A stretch of DNA of 64,000 nucleotides from Candidatus Kaiserbacteria bacterium RIFCSPLOWO2_01_FULL_51_21 (GCA_001781435.1 MFLV01000011.1:11268-75267), one strand, 5' to 3'; numbered from the stretch's first letter, positions 34,759 through 45,372 are shown. Numbers and translations: made by a program. The notes: generated by a model from the sequence alone, not told the origin.

Positions 34759-36480
34759 ATGCCCGAATTCCACGAAGACAAGCAGGAGCACAAGCTTTTT
34801 GAGCTTCGAAAAAAAGAAGAGGAAGAGCTTGCCGAAATGCTCTCCCAAAAATACGGCGTCGGGTACCTCGACCTCTCCCGCATGTCCATCAATACCGACG
34901 GTCTGCGGCTTGTCGAAGAGACGAAAGCCCGCGAGGCCGCCCTTGCGGTCTTTGGTATGATCGGCAAGAAACTCGCCGTCGCCATTCGCACTCCAAATAA
35001 TCCGAAAGTTTCGGAAATTCTTGAAGAGCTCGGAAAGCGCGGATACCAGCTGACGCTCTACATGGTCTCCGAAGCGTCTCTCAACCGAGCTTGGGAGCGC
35101 TACAAAGACCTTTCGTTCGCCGTTGAAACAAAGGCCGGCGTACTTGATATCTCCGGAGGAGAGATCGAGAAGCTTCTGGTGAAATTCAAAACGCTCAAGG
35201 ATATCGAGGCGGAGATAATGGAGGTCATTAAAATGAAAAAAGCGTATCGAATCTCGCGGATCCTCGAGACCGTACTCGCGGGCGCCTTCGCCTCAAATGC
35301 TTCCGATGTACACGTCGAGCCGGAGGAAGGCTACGTACGCCTGCGGTACCGCCTCGACGGCGTCCTCACTGACGTCCTCACCTTTGATCGCGATACCTAC
35401 ACGCTTCTTCTTGCGCGCATCAAACTGCTCTCGGGATTGAAACTCAATGTGAAGAGTGAAGCGCAGGACGGGCGCTTCAGCGTCTCCATCAATGACCGCG
35501 ACACTGAAATTCGCACCTCAATTATTCCCGGAGCATATGGCGAGTCAATCGTGCTGAGAGTGCTCAGCCCCGAGATGATCGCGCTTCCTATGGAGGAACT
35601 CGGCGTTGAAGAGCGGCTTTTTAAAATTCTTGAACACGAAATCAGAAAGCCAAACGGCATGATTCTCACGACTGGTCCAACCGGCTCGGGAAAAACCACG
35701 ACACTCTATGCTTTCATGAAACGCATCCACACCCCGCAGGTAAAAATCATTACGATTGAAGACCCGATTGAATATCACCTCCCCGGCGTCGTCCAAACAC
35801 AGGTGGAAAAAGAATATACTTTTGCGCAGGGGCTACGCAGTGCACTTCGGCAGGACCCGGATGTGATTATGGTCGGCGAGATCCGCGATACCGACGTTGC
35901 CGAAACCGCCATTAACGCTGCACTTACCGGACATTTGGTATTTTCAACGCTCCACACCAATAACGCTGCGGGTGCATTCCCAAGGCTTATCGACCTCGGA
36001 GTCAATCCGAAGATCATGAGCTCGGCAGTTTCAATCGTTCTTGCCCAACGCCTTGTCAGGAAACTATGCTTGGCGTGCCGTAAGGAGGTCATCCTTGTGG
36101 GTGATGAGAAAAAAACCGTTGAGCGGGTGCTTAGGAGCATTTACGTCAAGAGTCTAATTCCGGCTGAAGTGACAAAAATGTGGGAGCCGGTTGGATGCAA
36201 AGCCTGCTCCGGCTTGGGCTACAAAGGAAGGATCGGCGTCTTTGAAGCAATAACCATGGACCACGCGATTGAGACCTTGATCAATGAGAATCCGAGTGAG
36301 CGGGAAATCTGGAACGCGGCACGCAAACAAGGAATTCTCACGATGCAGCAGGACGGCGTACGCAAAGTGCTTGCGGGAGTTACTTCTCTTGCCGAACTTG
36401 CGCGTGTGGTTGATTTAAGCGATTTGGAAGAAGCGGGAGACTCTGTTATAACAACCGAAGAAGCACCTTCAAACCCATAA
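34759..36480 (+). CDS. pilB: Type IV pilus / type II secretion ATPase (PilB/GspE family)
   Basis: ILTTGPTGSGKTTTLYAF Walker A. DPDVIMVGEIRD...LVFSTLHTN. C-terminal CxxC...CxxC zinc motif. Confidence 0.9.
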   Translation: MPEFHEDKQEHKLFELRKKEEEELAEMLSQKYGVGYLDLSRMSINTDGLRLVEETKAREAALAVFGMIGKKLAVAIRTPNNPKVSEILEELGKRGYQLTLYMVSEASLNRAWERYKDLSFAVETKAGVLDISGGEIEKLLVKFKTLKDIEAEIMEVIKMKKAYRISRILETVLAGAFASNASDVHVEPEEGYVRLRYRLDGVLTDVLTFDRDTYTLLLARIKLLSGLKLNVKSEAQDGRFSVSINDRDTEIRTSIIPGAYGESIVLRVLSPEMIALPMEELGVEERLFKILEHEIRKPNGMILTTGPTGSGKTTTLYAFMKRIHTPQVKIITIEDPIEYHLPGVVQTQVEKEYTFAQGLRSALRQDPDVIMVGEIRDTDVAETAINAALTGHLVFSTLHTNNAAGAFPRLIDLGVNPKIMSSAVSIVLAQRLVRKLCLACRKEVILVGDEKKTVERVLRSIYVKSLIPAEVTKMWEPVGCKACSGLGYKGRIGVFEAITMDHAIETLINENPSEREIWNAARKQGILTMQQDGVRKVLAGVTSLAELARVVDLSDLEEAGDSVITTEEAPSNP

Positions 36481-36689
36481 ATCTCTAAGCAACACTTTTC
36501 ATGCGAGAAGCTGAGCGTCAAGTCTGGAGATAACTCCAGCACTCCCTTACGGGCGCCAGAGTGTCTCCGACAATAGCCCACATAGGTCGCGAGGACCTCA
36601 GTTGCTTAGAGATGTATGGGTTGGACAGAAAAAATCTGAGAAGAACCACAAAAAGCTCACAAACATGCTATCACAAAAAGAAATATATG

Positions 36690-37706
36690 TCAACCCCCTC
36701 CTCTGAGGCTATTGCCGAAGCAGAAGATGTTTTTCTTGACCAGGCGCTGCGTCCGTCCCGTTTCGACGAATATGTCGGACAGGAAAGCGTCAAAGAGAAC
36801 CTCCGCATACTTCTCACTGCGGCAAGGGAACGGCATCATCCTCCGGAGCATCTTCTTTTTTACGGACCACCGGGCTTAGGAAAAACCACTCTCGCCTATC
36901 TCGTTGCAAAGGAGATGGGAGTTTCAATCAAGGTAACCGCCGGACCAGTCATCGAAAAAGTCGGCGACTTGGCGGCAATTATCACGAACCTCGGCAACGG
37001 AGATATCCTGTTCATCGACGAAATTCATCGCTTGCACAAGACGGTTGAGGAGGTGCTGTATCCGGCGATGGAATCCGGACACCTCGATATCATCTTGGGT
37101 AAAGGCCCATCGGCGCGCACCATACAGCTCGAACTGCCTCCTTTCACCCTCGTCGCCGCAACAACCCGCATCGCACTGCTTTCCGCGCCGCTTCGCTCTC
37201 GCTTCGGGGGCGGAACCTTCAGACTCGACTACTATTCCAACGAGGAAATCGAAAAGATACTTCTCCGTTCGGCGAAAATTCTCGGGACGGATATTAATCG
37301 CGAAGCGCTCCGTGAGATTGCGCGACGGAGTCGCGCAACGCCGCGCACCGCAAATTTTCTCTTGAAACGCGCGCGCGACTTTGCGCAGGTGCACCGGAGA
37401 GCTCTCGACCGGGAAGCCGTCATGGAGGCGCTCAAACTTCTCGGCATCGATGAACTCGGCCTCTCTTCTGCCGACCGTGCCATTCTTAGGGTGATTATTG
37501 AAAAATTTGGAGGAGGTCCCACCGGTCTCAACACGCTCGCCGCGGCAACCTCAGAAGAAGAAGCAACGATTGAGGAAGTGTACGAGCCGTATCTTATACA
37601 GCTTGGGCTCTTAGAGCGTACTCCCCGGGGCCGCACCGCGACCGTGAGGGCCTACGAGCACATCGGCGCACAAGCGCCAAAAACGCCGCAGGAGAAACTT
37701 CTATGA
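36690..37706 (+). CDS. ruvB: Holliday junction helicase RuvB
   Basis: LLFYGPPGLGKTTLAYLVA...ILFIDEIHRL. The start is taken at the internal MSTPSSE. Confidence 0.9.
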   Translation, partial: STPSSEAIAEAEDVFLDQALRPSRFDEYVGQESVKENLRILLTAARERHHPPEHLLFYGPPGLGKTTLAYLVAKEMGVSIKVTAGPVIEKVGDLAAIITNLGNGDILFIDEIHRLHKTVEEVLYPAMESGHLDIILGKGPSARTIQLELPPFTLVAATTRIALLSAPLRSRFGGGTFRLDYYSNEEIEKILLRSAKILGTDINREALREIARRSRATPRTANFLLKRARDFAQVHRRALDREAVMEALKLLGIDELGLSSADRAILRVIIEKFGGGPTGLNTLAAATSEEEATIEEVYEPYLIQLGLLERTPRGRTATVRAYEHIGAQAPKTPQEKLL

Positions 37707-38236
37707 AAATCAATGTCGGCTCAAAAAACGAAGTGAAAGTCGAGGCCGTTCGGGAAATTCTTCAAGACTATCCGCACCTAGCGCTGGCGCAGGTTGAGGG
37801 ATTTGAGGCTGATTCAAAGGTATCAGCACAGCCGAGGTCGCTTGAAGAAACAATACAAGGAGCAATGGCCCGGGCACAAAATGTTTTCGTCAATTGCGAC
37901 TATGCGATTGGGCTCGAATCTGGCCTCATGCATGTTCCAAACAGCAAGAGCGGGTACATGGATGTGTGCGTGTGCTCTATTTATGATGGCAAAGAATTCC
38001 ATCTTGGGCTTTCCTCCGCATGGGAATTTCCCGATCCAGGAATCGTACGCCTCATGACTGAGGAGGGACTTGATATGTCTCAAGCAGTTGTCAAAGCTGG
38101 ACTCACAAAAAATACGAATATCGGAGCAGAAAACGGAGCAATCGGGATTATGACAAAAGGCAGGGTGGACAGGAAAGAATATACGAAACAGGCTCTTCGC
38201 ACCGCTCTCATTCATCTGGAAGAGTTTGATTGTTAA
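37703..38236 (+). CDS. Non-canonical purine NTP phosphatase (YjjX/DUF84-like)
   Basis: MKINVGSKNEVKVEAVREIL...IGLESGL. Confidence 0.6.
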   Translation: MKINVGSKNEVKVEAVREILQDYPHLALAQVEGFEADSKVSAQPRSLEETIQGAMARAQNVFVNCDYAIGLESGLMHVPNSKSGYMDVCVCSIYDGKEFHLGLSSAWEFPDPGIVRLMTEEGLDMSQAVVKAGLTKNTNIGAENGAIGIMTKGRVDRKEYTKQALRTALIHLEEFDC

Positions 38237-38621
38237 TTTTCGTTGCAGAATAATGATTCAATTCATACTTAATAGTCCTTATACTCTTGTGGGCTTAATT
38301 GTTGGAATAATTTCGCTACCAAAAAAGGTAAAGGCTGTGGAATCCCCGCGTGCGATAGTCTTGGAAGTAAAAAGCTTCTGGTGGACTTTCGGTTACTTCA
38401 AAAACGCGCGAGCCGTAACTATTGGCCATTGCGTCCTCCTATCACTCACCATAAGGCCAAGGGACTTGGAGCACGAACTTATTCATGTCTTGCAATTCGC
38501 GCGAGCACCAATAATTTATCCAGCATTGTATTATGTTGAACTCATACGCAAAGGATATAAAAACAATAAATACGAAGAAGAAGCGCATCGAATTGCCGGT
38601 AATGTATACAAGGAGAAATGA
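38226..38621 (+). CDS. Small AT-rich hypothetical protein with an HExxH motif (possible mini metallopeptidase)
   Basis: EHELIHVLQ. GC about 40%. Confidence 0.35.
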   Translation: MIVNFRCRIMIQFILNSPYTLVGLIVGIISLPKKVKAVESPRAIVLEVKSFWWTFGYFKNARAVTIGHCVLLSLTIRPRDLEHELIHVLQFARAPIIYPALYYVELIRKGYKNNKYEEEAHRIAGNVYKEK

Positions 38622-38660
38622 TTCGGCTAATTCATGCTTCCTGATTCATAATTCATTCCT

Positions 38661-39191
38661 ATGGCAGGACACAGTAAATGGGCGCAAATTAAACGAAAAA
38701 AAGAAGCAACTGACGCAAAAAAGAGCCAGATATTTTCTAAATTTGCAAAATTAATCGCCTCTGAATCAAAGAAAGCAAAGGGGGACCGTTCGGCTCCGGG
38801 GCTCCGTCTCGCAATTATGCGCGCGAAAGTGGTAAATATGCCAAACGACAACATTGACCGCGCCATTGAGAAAGGCAAAGGAGACGGAGGCACCGCAATG
38901 GACGAAGTGCTCTATGAAGCATATGGTCCTGGCGGCGTTGCCGTCCTTATTGTCGGCCTTACCGACAATCGAAATCGCACGGCGCAGGAGATAAAACACC
39001 TGCTTTCAAAAAATAATCTTTCACTTGCGGCACCAGGCGCAGCTTCGTGGGCTTTTACAAAAACTGCCGAGGGATACACGCCGCAAACCACGCTCGATCT
39101 GTCAGACACGGACCTCGCCGCGCTTGAAACAATGGTAACCGCCCTTGAAGAGCATGACGATGTCCAAGAAGTATTCACCAATGCCGCATAA
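38661..39191 (+). CDS. yebC: YebC/PmpR-family transcriptional regulator (short)
   Basis: MAGHSKWAQIKRKKEATDAKK. Confidence 0.85.
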   Translation: MAGHSKWAQIKRKKEATDAKKSQIFSKFAKLIASESKKAKGDRSAPGLRLAIMRAKVVNMPNDNIDRAIEKGKGDGGTAMDEVLYEAYGPGGVAVLIVGLTDNRNRTAQEIKHLLSKNNLSLAAPGAASWAFTKTAEGYTPQTTLDLSDTDLAALETMVTALEEHDDVQEVFTNAA

Positions 39192-39726
39192 AAACAAACA
39201 ACCGGCAACGGAGAGAGCGCGCCGAAGTCGTTTGATATATCAAACGACTCGGGTTTTAGCGATTGATCCGGGATTTGGCCGCTGCGGTGTTGCGATCCTA
39301 AATCGAGAAAATAATACTGACACCCTAGTATATTCGTCGTGTGTTGTTACCAGATCTTCAGACTCCTTCCCTGCCCGGCTCAAGACGGTTACCGATGCGG
39401 TAACCGAACTCGCTGATCGTTTCTCTCCCTCCCTCATTGCCCTTGAGCGCCTCTATCTTTCGACAAACCAGAAAACCGCTATGCAGGTGGCTGAGGTTCG
39501 CGGCGCGCTTATTTCGCTTGCCGTTAATCGCGGTATTCCTATGGTTGAATACACGCCGCTCCAAGTCAAAATTGCGATCACTGGCTATGGGAAAAGTGGC
39601 AAGCGTGAAGTGGCGCGCATGATTTCTCTACTGGTATCTCTCCCTCCTAAAAAAGGACGCCTCGACGATGAATACGACGCCATCGCCATCGCGCTGACCG
39701 CCCTTGCCTCCTATCGACTCAAGTGA
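39181..39726 (+). CDS. ruvC: Holliday junction resolvase RuvC
   Basis: RVLAIDPGFGRCGVAIL...DAIAIAL. The start is uncertain because several in-frame Met codons (39145-39181) precede it. Confidence 0.8.
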   Translation: MPHKNKQPATERARRSRLIYQTTRVLAIDPGFGRCGVAILNRENNTDTLVYSSCVVTRSSDSFPARLKTVTDAVTELADRFSPSLIALERLYLSTNQKTAMQVAEVRGALISLAVNRGIPMVEYTPLQVKIAITGYGKSGKREVARMISLLVSLPPKKGRLDDEYDAIAIALTALASYRLK

Positions 39727-39962
39727 ACTATCCACAGGCACACGCTTTCCATATTGCAAAAAAAACTTGTTCTGCTACAACTATGACATTAATTCCATTA
39801 ATTAATTTCCGCGATCGTATGCCGTACTTTGAAGAAGAAAAATTCGGTCTTGTAGACGAGGAAGAGGAGGAAGTAGGGGGAGTTGATTTTGGGGAGAAAG
39901 AGGAGGAAGAGGAGAGTGTGGAAGAAGAGGAAGAGGAGGAGTCAGACTCTGAGGAGGTGTAA
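39723..39962 (+). CDS. Hypothetical protein with a highly acidic (E-rich) tail
   Basis: ORF only: ...EEEEVGGVDFGEKEEEEESVEEEEEEESDSEEV. Confidence 0.3.
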   Translation: MNYPQAHAFHIAKKTCSATTMTLIPLINFRDRMPYFEEEKFGLVDEEEEEVGGVDFGEKEEEEESVEEEEEEESDSEEV

Positions 39963-39963
39963 T

Positions 39964-40002
39964 AGCAAAACACTCCCGACATTACGTCGGGAGTGTTTTG
40001 CT
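39964..40002. terminator. Bidirectional terminator between convergent genes
   Basis: Perfect 15-bp stem CAAAACACTCCCGACattaCGTCGGGAGTGTTTTG. Confidence 0.7.
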
Positions 40003-40003
40003 A

Positions 40004-41215
40004 TTAAGTTACGTCAATGCGAAGAAAACGGTGTTTGCCGACGCGAACCGTCATAGGACTCTGTATCATATACGACACATCCAAAATTTTACCTTTCCCT
40101 ACCTCTTCGATGGCTCCGCTTATAATTAATCGGCGCAGTTGAGTGCGTGATTCGCTTATATTGCGGGTAAGCGCTTCAATGAGCGAAGTCCCCTTCGAAA
40201 CCTCAATCTTTGAAACGGAATCGGGGATCGCTCCTTCACGGAAAGTCTTTTCAAAAGACCTTTTAGCCTTCTCCACTTCCGCGGCAGTATAAAAATACAT
40301 ACTAATTTTCTCTGCAAGCCGAGCTTTTGCGTCACGCGGATTAAGCGACCCTGCTTCCATCCCCGTTTTCATTGACTCAATATCAGCGCGAGGCACTTTT
40401 GTGAGAAGCTCGAACGCCGGCAGAATTTGTGTGTCCGACCAACTCATAACTTTGCCGAACATATCAGAGGAAGAGTCGCCAAAGGTAAGCATGTTTCCTT
40501 CCGTTTTCCCCATTTTCTTTCCCGATGGGTCAATGAGAAGCTTCACCGCAAGTACGAATTTTTCCTTGTTCTTGAGCTGCTTCATAAGAGTGCGCCCCGC
40601 AAGCATATTGAAGGTTTGGTCATTCCCGCCGATTTCCCCATCGACATTCATCGCTGCCGAATCGTAGCCTTGCAGCAGTGGGTACAGAAACTCGTGCAGA
40701 TAAATCGGTTTCTGTTCTTTTTGGCGTACCTGGAACATATCCCGTTCCATGAGCTGTTGTACCGTAAAGTGTGCCGCGAGGTTAAGCACTGCCTCAAAAT
40801 TTAATTTTGAAAGCCACGCGGAGTTATGCAGCAGTTTCGCAGGACTTTTGCCGGAAAAAGAAAGAAAGGCGCTCGCTTGTTTTTTATATCGCTTTGCGTT
40901 TGCGAGAACTTGTTTGCGCGTGAGACGCTGCCTCGCCGCTGTCTTGTCAGTTGGGTCGCCAACCATCCCGGTAAAATCACCGATAAGAAGAATGACCTCG
41001 TGCCCAAATGCCTGCAGTGTCTGGAGTTTCAGAAGCGCCACGATGTGGCCAAGGTGGAGCGTTGGTCCGGTCGGGTCAATACCGAAATAAATACGCACAC
41101 GCTCTCCTCTCGCAAGCTTGTCCCGTAAAAAGTCTTCAGACGGGTAGATGCGCTCGATGCCCCGCGTCAAAAATTCTTGCAGCTCTGCGGCATCCATGGA
41201 TCGGGCCTTTGCCAT
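40004..41215 (-). CDS. tyrS: Tyrosyl-tRNA synthetase
   Basis: GIDPTGPTLHLGH (HIGH) and KMGKT (KMSKS), plus a C-terminal S4 domain. The start is taken at MAKARSMD. Confidence 0.9.
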   Translation of the reverse strand: MAKARSMDAAELQEFLTRGIERIYPSEDFLRDKLARGERVRIYFGIDPTGPTLHLGHIVALLKLQTLQAFGHEVILLIGDFTGMVGDPTDKTAARQRLTRKQVLANAKRYKKQASAFLSFSGKSPAKLLHNSAWLSKLNFEAVLNLAAHFTVQQLMERDMFQVRQKEQKPIYLHEFLYPLLQGYDSAAMNVDGEIGGNDQTFNMLAGRTLMKQLKNKEKFVLAVKLLIDPSGKKMGKTEGNMLTFGDSSSDMFGKVMSWSDTQILPAFELLTKVPRADIESMKTGMEAGSLNPRDAKARLAEKISMYFYTAAEVEKAKRSFEKTFREGAIPDSVSKIEVSKGTSLIEALTRNISESRTQLRRLIISGAIEEVGKGKILDVSYMIQSPMTVRVGKHRFLRIDVT

Positions 41216-41328
41216 AGCTCCTACTGTATCATGAGTGCCTGCTCCGTTAGAAGCCACAAATGCGGTGATTTCTATTCTTAAAAAACCACAATTGTCGTCG
41301 AAAGAGTTATGATATAGGATACTGCTTC

Positions 41329-43905
41329 GTGTCCCGCGGCTCATCGAGTCTGAAGACTCATCAGAGCCTGAACGACCTCCTTTCTCGCGGAGTGCGCAGT
41401 ATCAGAAAATCGATGTTTAGAAATTCTAAAGACCAAAACAAAAGACGGCATCGCCTCGTTCTTTTAATAAGTGTTGCCCTGCTTATCTTAGGTTCCCTAG
41501 CGCTTTGGGCTGCGAGCCTGCGTGTGCCTGACCTTGCCTCATTTGAGGAGCGTAAGGTTGAGCAGTCAACAAAAATCTACGACCGAACGGGCAACGTTCT
41601 CCTCTACGACCTCCACAAAAACGCCGAGCGCACCGTGATTCCCTACGAGGAAATGCCTCGGTATATCAAAAACGCGACTGTTGCAATCGAGGACGAGGAC
41701 TTCTATCAGCACCGCGGCATTAAAATCTCTTCCGTTCTCCGCGCGGTCCTTGCAAACCTCACCTCTCTCGGTTTTGCCCAAGGAGGTTCGACGATTACCC
41801 AGCAAGTGGTAAAAAACTCCCTTCTCACGAACGAAAAAACAATCACCCGCAAACTCAAAGAGTGGATCCTCGCGCTTAAGCTTGAACGCCTTCTGAGTAA
41901 GGAGGAAATTTTGGAGCTCTATCTCAACGAAACTCCTTACGGGGGAAGCCTGTATGGCGTTGAGGCGGCGACTGAGTCCTATTTCGGCAAGGGGGCGGCA
42001 GAACTTACTCTTGCTGAATCTGCGTACCTTGCCGCTCTTCCTCAGGCGCCGACCTACTATTCACCCTATGGGTCGCATCGCGACAAATTAGAAGAGCGAA
42101 GGGAGCTCGTGCTTAAGCAAATGCTTAAAAACGGGTTCGTCACTGATGCAGAGTACAAGGCCGCTCTTACTGAAAAAGTTGACTTCAAGCTGCCTGAGAG
42201 CGGCAGCATTAAGGCGCCGCATTTTGTGTTCTATGTCCGAGAATACCTTGAGCAAAAGTACGGTGGGGAAGCTCTTGAAAACCGCGGGCTTAAAGTGATC
42301 ACCACTCTCGATTACGAGCTTCAGCGCGAGGCTGAGGAAATCATCGCCAAGGGAGTAGCAAGCAACGAAAAAAATTTCAACGCGTCAAACGCCGGCATGG
42401 TCGCAATTGACCCGACGACGGGACAGATTCTTGTCATGGTGGGCTCCCGCAACTATTTTGACCCGGGTATCGACGGCAACTTTAATGTAACGCTCGCAAA
42501 ACGCCAGCCGGGTTCTTCGTTCAAACCTTTCGTGTATGCTGAGGCGCTCATGAAGGGCTACACCCCGGATACAATTGTATTCGATCTTAAAACCCAATTT
42601 TCAACCGCATGCCGTCCGGACGATTTTTCCAAAGAACCGCCCTGTTTTTCTCCCAACAACTACGACGAAAAATTCCGCGGTCCCGTCACTTTCCGTGAAG
42701 CGCTTGCGCAGTCGCTTAACGTGCCTTCAGTCCAGGTACTCTATCTCGCCGGGATTACCGATTCGCTCCGGCTTGCAAAAAATCTCGGCATTACCACCCT
42801 CACTGACGAGGGCCGGTATGGCCTCACGCTCGTGCTCGGCGGCGGTGAAGTCAGGCTTCTTGACATGACCGGCTCCTACGCCGTATTTGCTAACGACGGG
42901 GTGCGCAACACCCCGACCGGCATTCTCAAAGTTGAGGACGGGAGCGGAGCGCCCCTAGAAGAGTATCGGTCAAGTGCTGCTCAAGTGCTTGACCCGCAGA
43001 TCGCCCGGCAGATAAACGACATCCTCTCCGACAACGTCGCTCGGACTCCCGAATTTGGCGAGGACTCCGCACTCTATTTTCCCGGCTACGAGGTCGCGGA
43101 CAAAACAGGAACAACAAACGACTCTCGAGATGCGTGGGTAATTGGCTACACTCCTTCGATTGCTGTCGGGGCTTGGGCGGGCAATAACGACAACAGCCCT
43201 ATGGTAAAAAAAATCGCCGGATTTATTGTGGCTCCCCTGTGGCATGAGTTTATGATAAAGGCGCTCGAAAAATTTCCGAACGAGACTTTTAAAAAACCGG
43301 AATCTGAAGATACTGAAAACCTCAAACCGATTTTAAAAGGCCTGTGGCAAGGAGGAGAACAATACATTATTGACAGTATCTCCGGAAAGCTCGCCACCCC
43401 CGATACGCCACCCGAACTCCGCAAAACAAAAGTAATCACCGACGTGCACTCGACCCTTTACTGGGTTGACAAAGACAATCCAAGGGGCCCGAAGCCGGAA
43501 ACCCCCGAGGCAGATCCTCAATTCCCGTACTGGGAATACCCCGTAGCGCTTTGGAAGCAGTCGAGAGGCATCGTAAGCGGCGGGACTAAGCCGACTGACT
43601 ATGACAATATCCACGGACCGGCCCTTGCGCCGCACGTCCAGATAACAAGCCCCTCCTCAAACGCGACTCTTGCGATGGGCGGGAGGGTTACGGCACAAAT
43701 CACAAGCCAGGGAGCATACCCACTTTCCAAAGTCGACTTCTTTGTAAACGGCACGTTTCTCGGCTCGGCGAACCGTGCCCCGTTCTCTTTCTCATTCGTT
43801 CCCGCCGAACTTAGTTCAGTGAGGGACGAGAACACCCTGCGGGTCGTTGCGTACGACTCGGTTTTAAACAACGGAAGTGATATGGTGAACTTTTATCTCC
43901 GCTGA
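41329..43905 (+). CDS. mrcA: Class A penicillin-binding protein (PBP1A-type transglycosylase/transpeptidase) with a C-terminal Ig-like domain
   Basis: GT51 motifs EDEDFYQHRGI...RLLSKEEILELYLN. TP motifs SSFKPF...KTGTT. Confidence 0.9.
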   Translation: MSRGSSSLKTHQSLNDLLSRGVRSIRKSMFRNSKDQNKRRHRLVLLISVALLILGSLALWAASLRVPDLASFEERKVEQSTKIYDRTGNVLLYDLHKNAERTVIPYEEMPRYIKNATVAIEDEDFYQHRGIKISSVLRAVLANLTSLGFAQGGSTITQQVVKNSLLTNEKTITRKLKEWILALKLERLLSKEEILELYLNETPYGGSLYGVEAATESYFGKGAAELTLAESAYLAALPQAPTYYSPYGSHRDKLEERRELVLKQMLKNGFVTDAEYKAALTEKVDFKLPESGSIKAPHFVFYVREYLEQKYGGEALENRGLKVITTLDYELQREAEEIIAKGVASNEKNFNASNAGMVAIDPTTGQILVMVGSRNYFDPGIDGNFNVTLAKRQPGSSFKPFVYAEALMKGYTPDTIVFDLKTQFSTACRPDDFSKEPPCFSPNNYDEKFRGPVTFREALAQSLNVPSVQVLYLAGITDSLRLAKNLGITTLTDEGRYGLTLVLGGGEVRLLDMTGSYAVFANDGVRNTPTGILKVEDGSGAPLEEYRSSAAQVLDPQIARQINDILSDNVARTPEFGEDSALYFPGYEVADKTGTTNDSRDAWVIGYTPSIAVGAWAGNNDNSPMVKKIAGFIVAPLWHEFMIKALEKFPNETFKKPESEDTENLKPILKGLWQGGEQYIIDSISGKLATPDTPPELRKTKVITDVHSTLYWVDKDNPRGPKPETPEADPQFPYWEYPVALWKQSRGIVSGGTKPTDYDNIHGPALAPHVQITSPSSNATLAMGGRVTAQITSQGAYPLSKVDFFVNGTFLGSANRAPFSFSFVPAELSSVRDENTLRVVAYDSVLNNGSDMVNFYLR

Positions 43906-43907
43906 GA

Positions 43908-44162
43908 TTAGCGTAAATCTTTCACGGTGCCGGGAAGCTCCTCATGAAGCCGCTTGAGAATCGACTCTTTTTTAAGAAGAATTTCTCCGCGCACGAGCGG
44001 CGGGACGGCAAGATACACGGTGCCTCTTTGGTAACGAAGTGCCTCGTTTGAAGTGGGGAATCCAGTCACCGCAGTAATATGCGCCGCTACCCGCTCTCGA
44101 ACGTGGCGTGTGGAAGAGAGAGAGGAAAAGCGTCCAAGGAGTGTTTTAATGTGCTGAAGCAT
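43908..44162 (-). CDS. DUF721 / DciA-like protein
   Basis: An 84 aa protein immediately downstream of dnaN; DUF721 proteins typically sit in this position. Confidence 0.45.
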   Translation of the reverse strand: MLQHIKTLLGRFSSLSSTRHVRERVAAHITAVTGFPTSNEALRYQRGTVYLAVPPLVRGEILLKKESILKRLHEELPGTVKDLR

Positions 44163-44280
44163 ACTTTGTTACCACAACGTAGCGTGAGCGAGGTAATTTT
44201 GCAGCACCGCGAATATTTTTCGCGAACATGGTTTTTTCAGCTTTTTCATAATGCAAATCTTGTAAAAATTATAGGGGGCA

Positions 44281-45372
44281 TTACCGGTTCATTGGCATGA
44301 CGAGGTAGAGAAAGGAGGTGTCTGAAACGTCCCGAATCACCATCGGCTTTCCCGAACCGTTAAAGGTAAGAGAGACGCTGTCTCCGGTAATTGCCTGGAA
44401 ACAATCGGTGAGATATTTGAGATTGAAGTTAATCGTGACGTCCTCGCCCATGATTGCCGCAGTAACCGTGTCGGTTGTTTCCCCGATATCGCTTTTCGCT
44501 GAAATGATGAACTGTTTCTTTTTAGGGTAAACCGTGATGCCAACTTGGTTGAATTTACCTGAAAACACCATCGCCTTCTTAAAGATGAGAAGGAGGTCTT
44601 GTTTCAAGAGTACCACTTCAGTCGCTTTCTCCTTCGGGATAATCTGGCGGTAGTCGGGAAAGGTTCCTTCCACGGTTCGTGAGGTAAGGTACAGGTCGTT
44701 GAAAATAAAGGAGATTTGATGTTCACCGACACGGACCGTCATGTCCCCTCTCGTGCGCTCAAGAACTCGAAGCACCTCCGGCACCGCCCGCACAGGAAGG
44801 AGAAAAGGCTTAAATTCATACGGTTGTTTTGTCGGGATTATTCTTTCAGCGAGACGGAATGAATCAGTGGCAACAAAAACTAACTTATTTCCCTCGGGGT
44901 ATACGTATACACTCCCAAGTTCAGGCTTTACGGTTGATAACGATGCACTGTACCACACTGATTTTATTCCCTTTAGAAAATCTCCTTCATTGAAACGGAG
45001 TGGTTTAGTGGTAATGGTAGGGAGGGTCGGAAAGTCGTCGGGTGAAACGGTGGTAATGAGTGTTTCACTTGTCGGTGTTTTGAGAGAGAAAGTGTTACCT
45101 TTTACTTCCAAAGAAACCGAGGTGTTGTAGGTATTGATGAGTGTGTTAAGAAGAATTTCAGCCGGAACCGCAACAATTCCCTCAGAAGTTGCTTTTACTG
45201 GTATTGTTGCTTCGATGCCAAGCTCAAGATTTGTTGAGCGTATAACAAGAGAGTTGTTTTTAACTGAAAGCAGAAGATAGTTGAGGATGGGAAGTGTTGG
45301 ATGACGTTTAGCAATCCGTTCAGTGATTGAAACAGCCTCAGTAAGTTGTTCACGTACACATTCAAGCTTCAT
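44281..45372 (-). CDS. dnaN: DNA polymerase III beta sliding clamp
   Basis: MKLECVREQLTEAVSITERIAKRHPTLPILNYLLLSVKNNSLVIRS. Confidence 0.9.
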   Translation of the reverse strand: MKLECVREQLTEAVSITERIAKRHPTLPILNYLLLSVKNNSLVIRSTNLELGIEATIPVKATSEGIVAVPAEILLNTLINTYNTSVSLEVKGNTFSLKTPTSETLITTVSPDDFPTLPTITTKPLRFNEGDFLKGIKSVWYSASLSTVKPELGSVYVYPEGNKLVFVATDSFRLAERIIPTKQPYEFKPFLLPVRAVPEVLRVLERTRGDMTVRVGEHQISFIFNDLYLTSRTVEGTFPDYRQIIPKEKATEVVLLKQDLLLIFKKAMVFSGKFNQVGITVYPKKKQFIISAKSDIGETTDTVTAAIMGEDVTINFNLKYLTDCFQAITGDSVSLTFNGSGKPMVIRDVSDTSFLYLVMPMNR

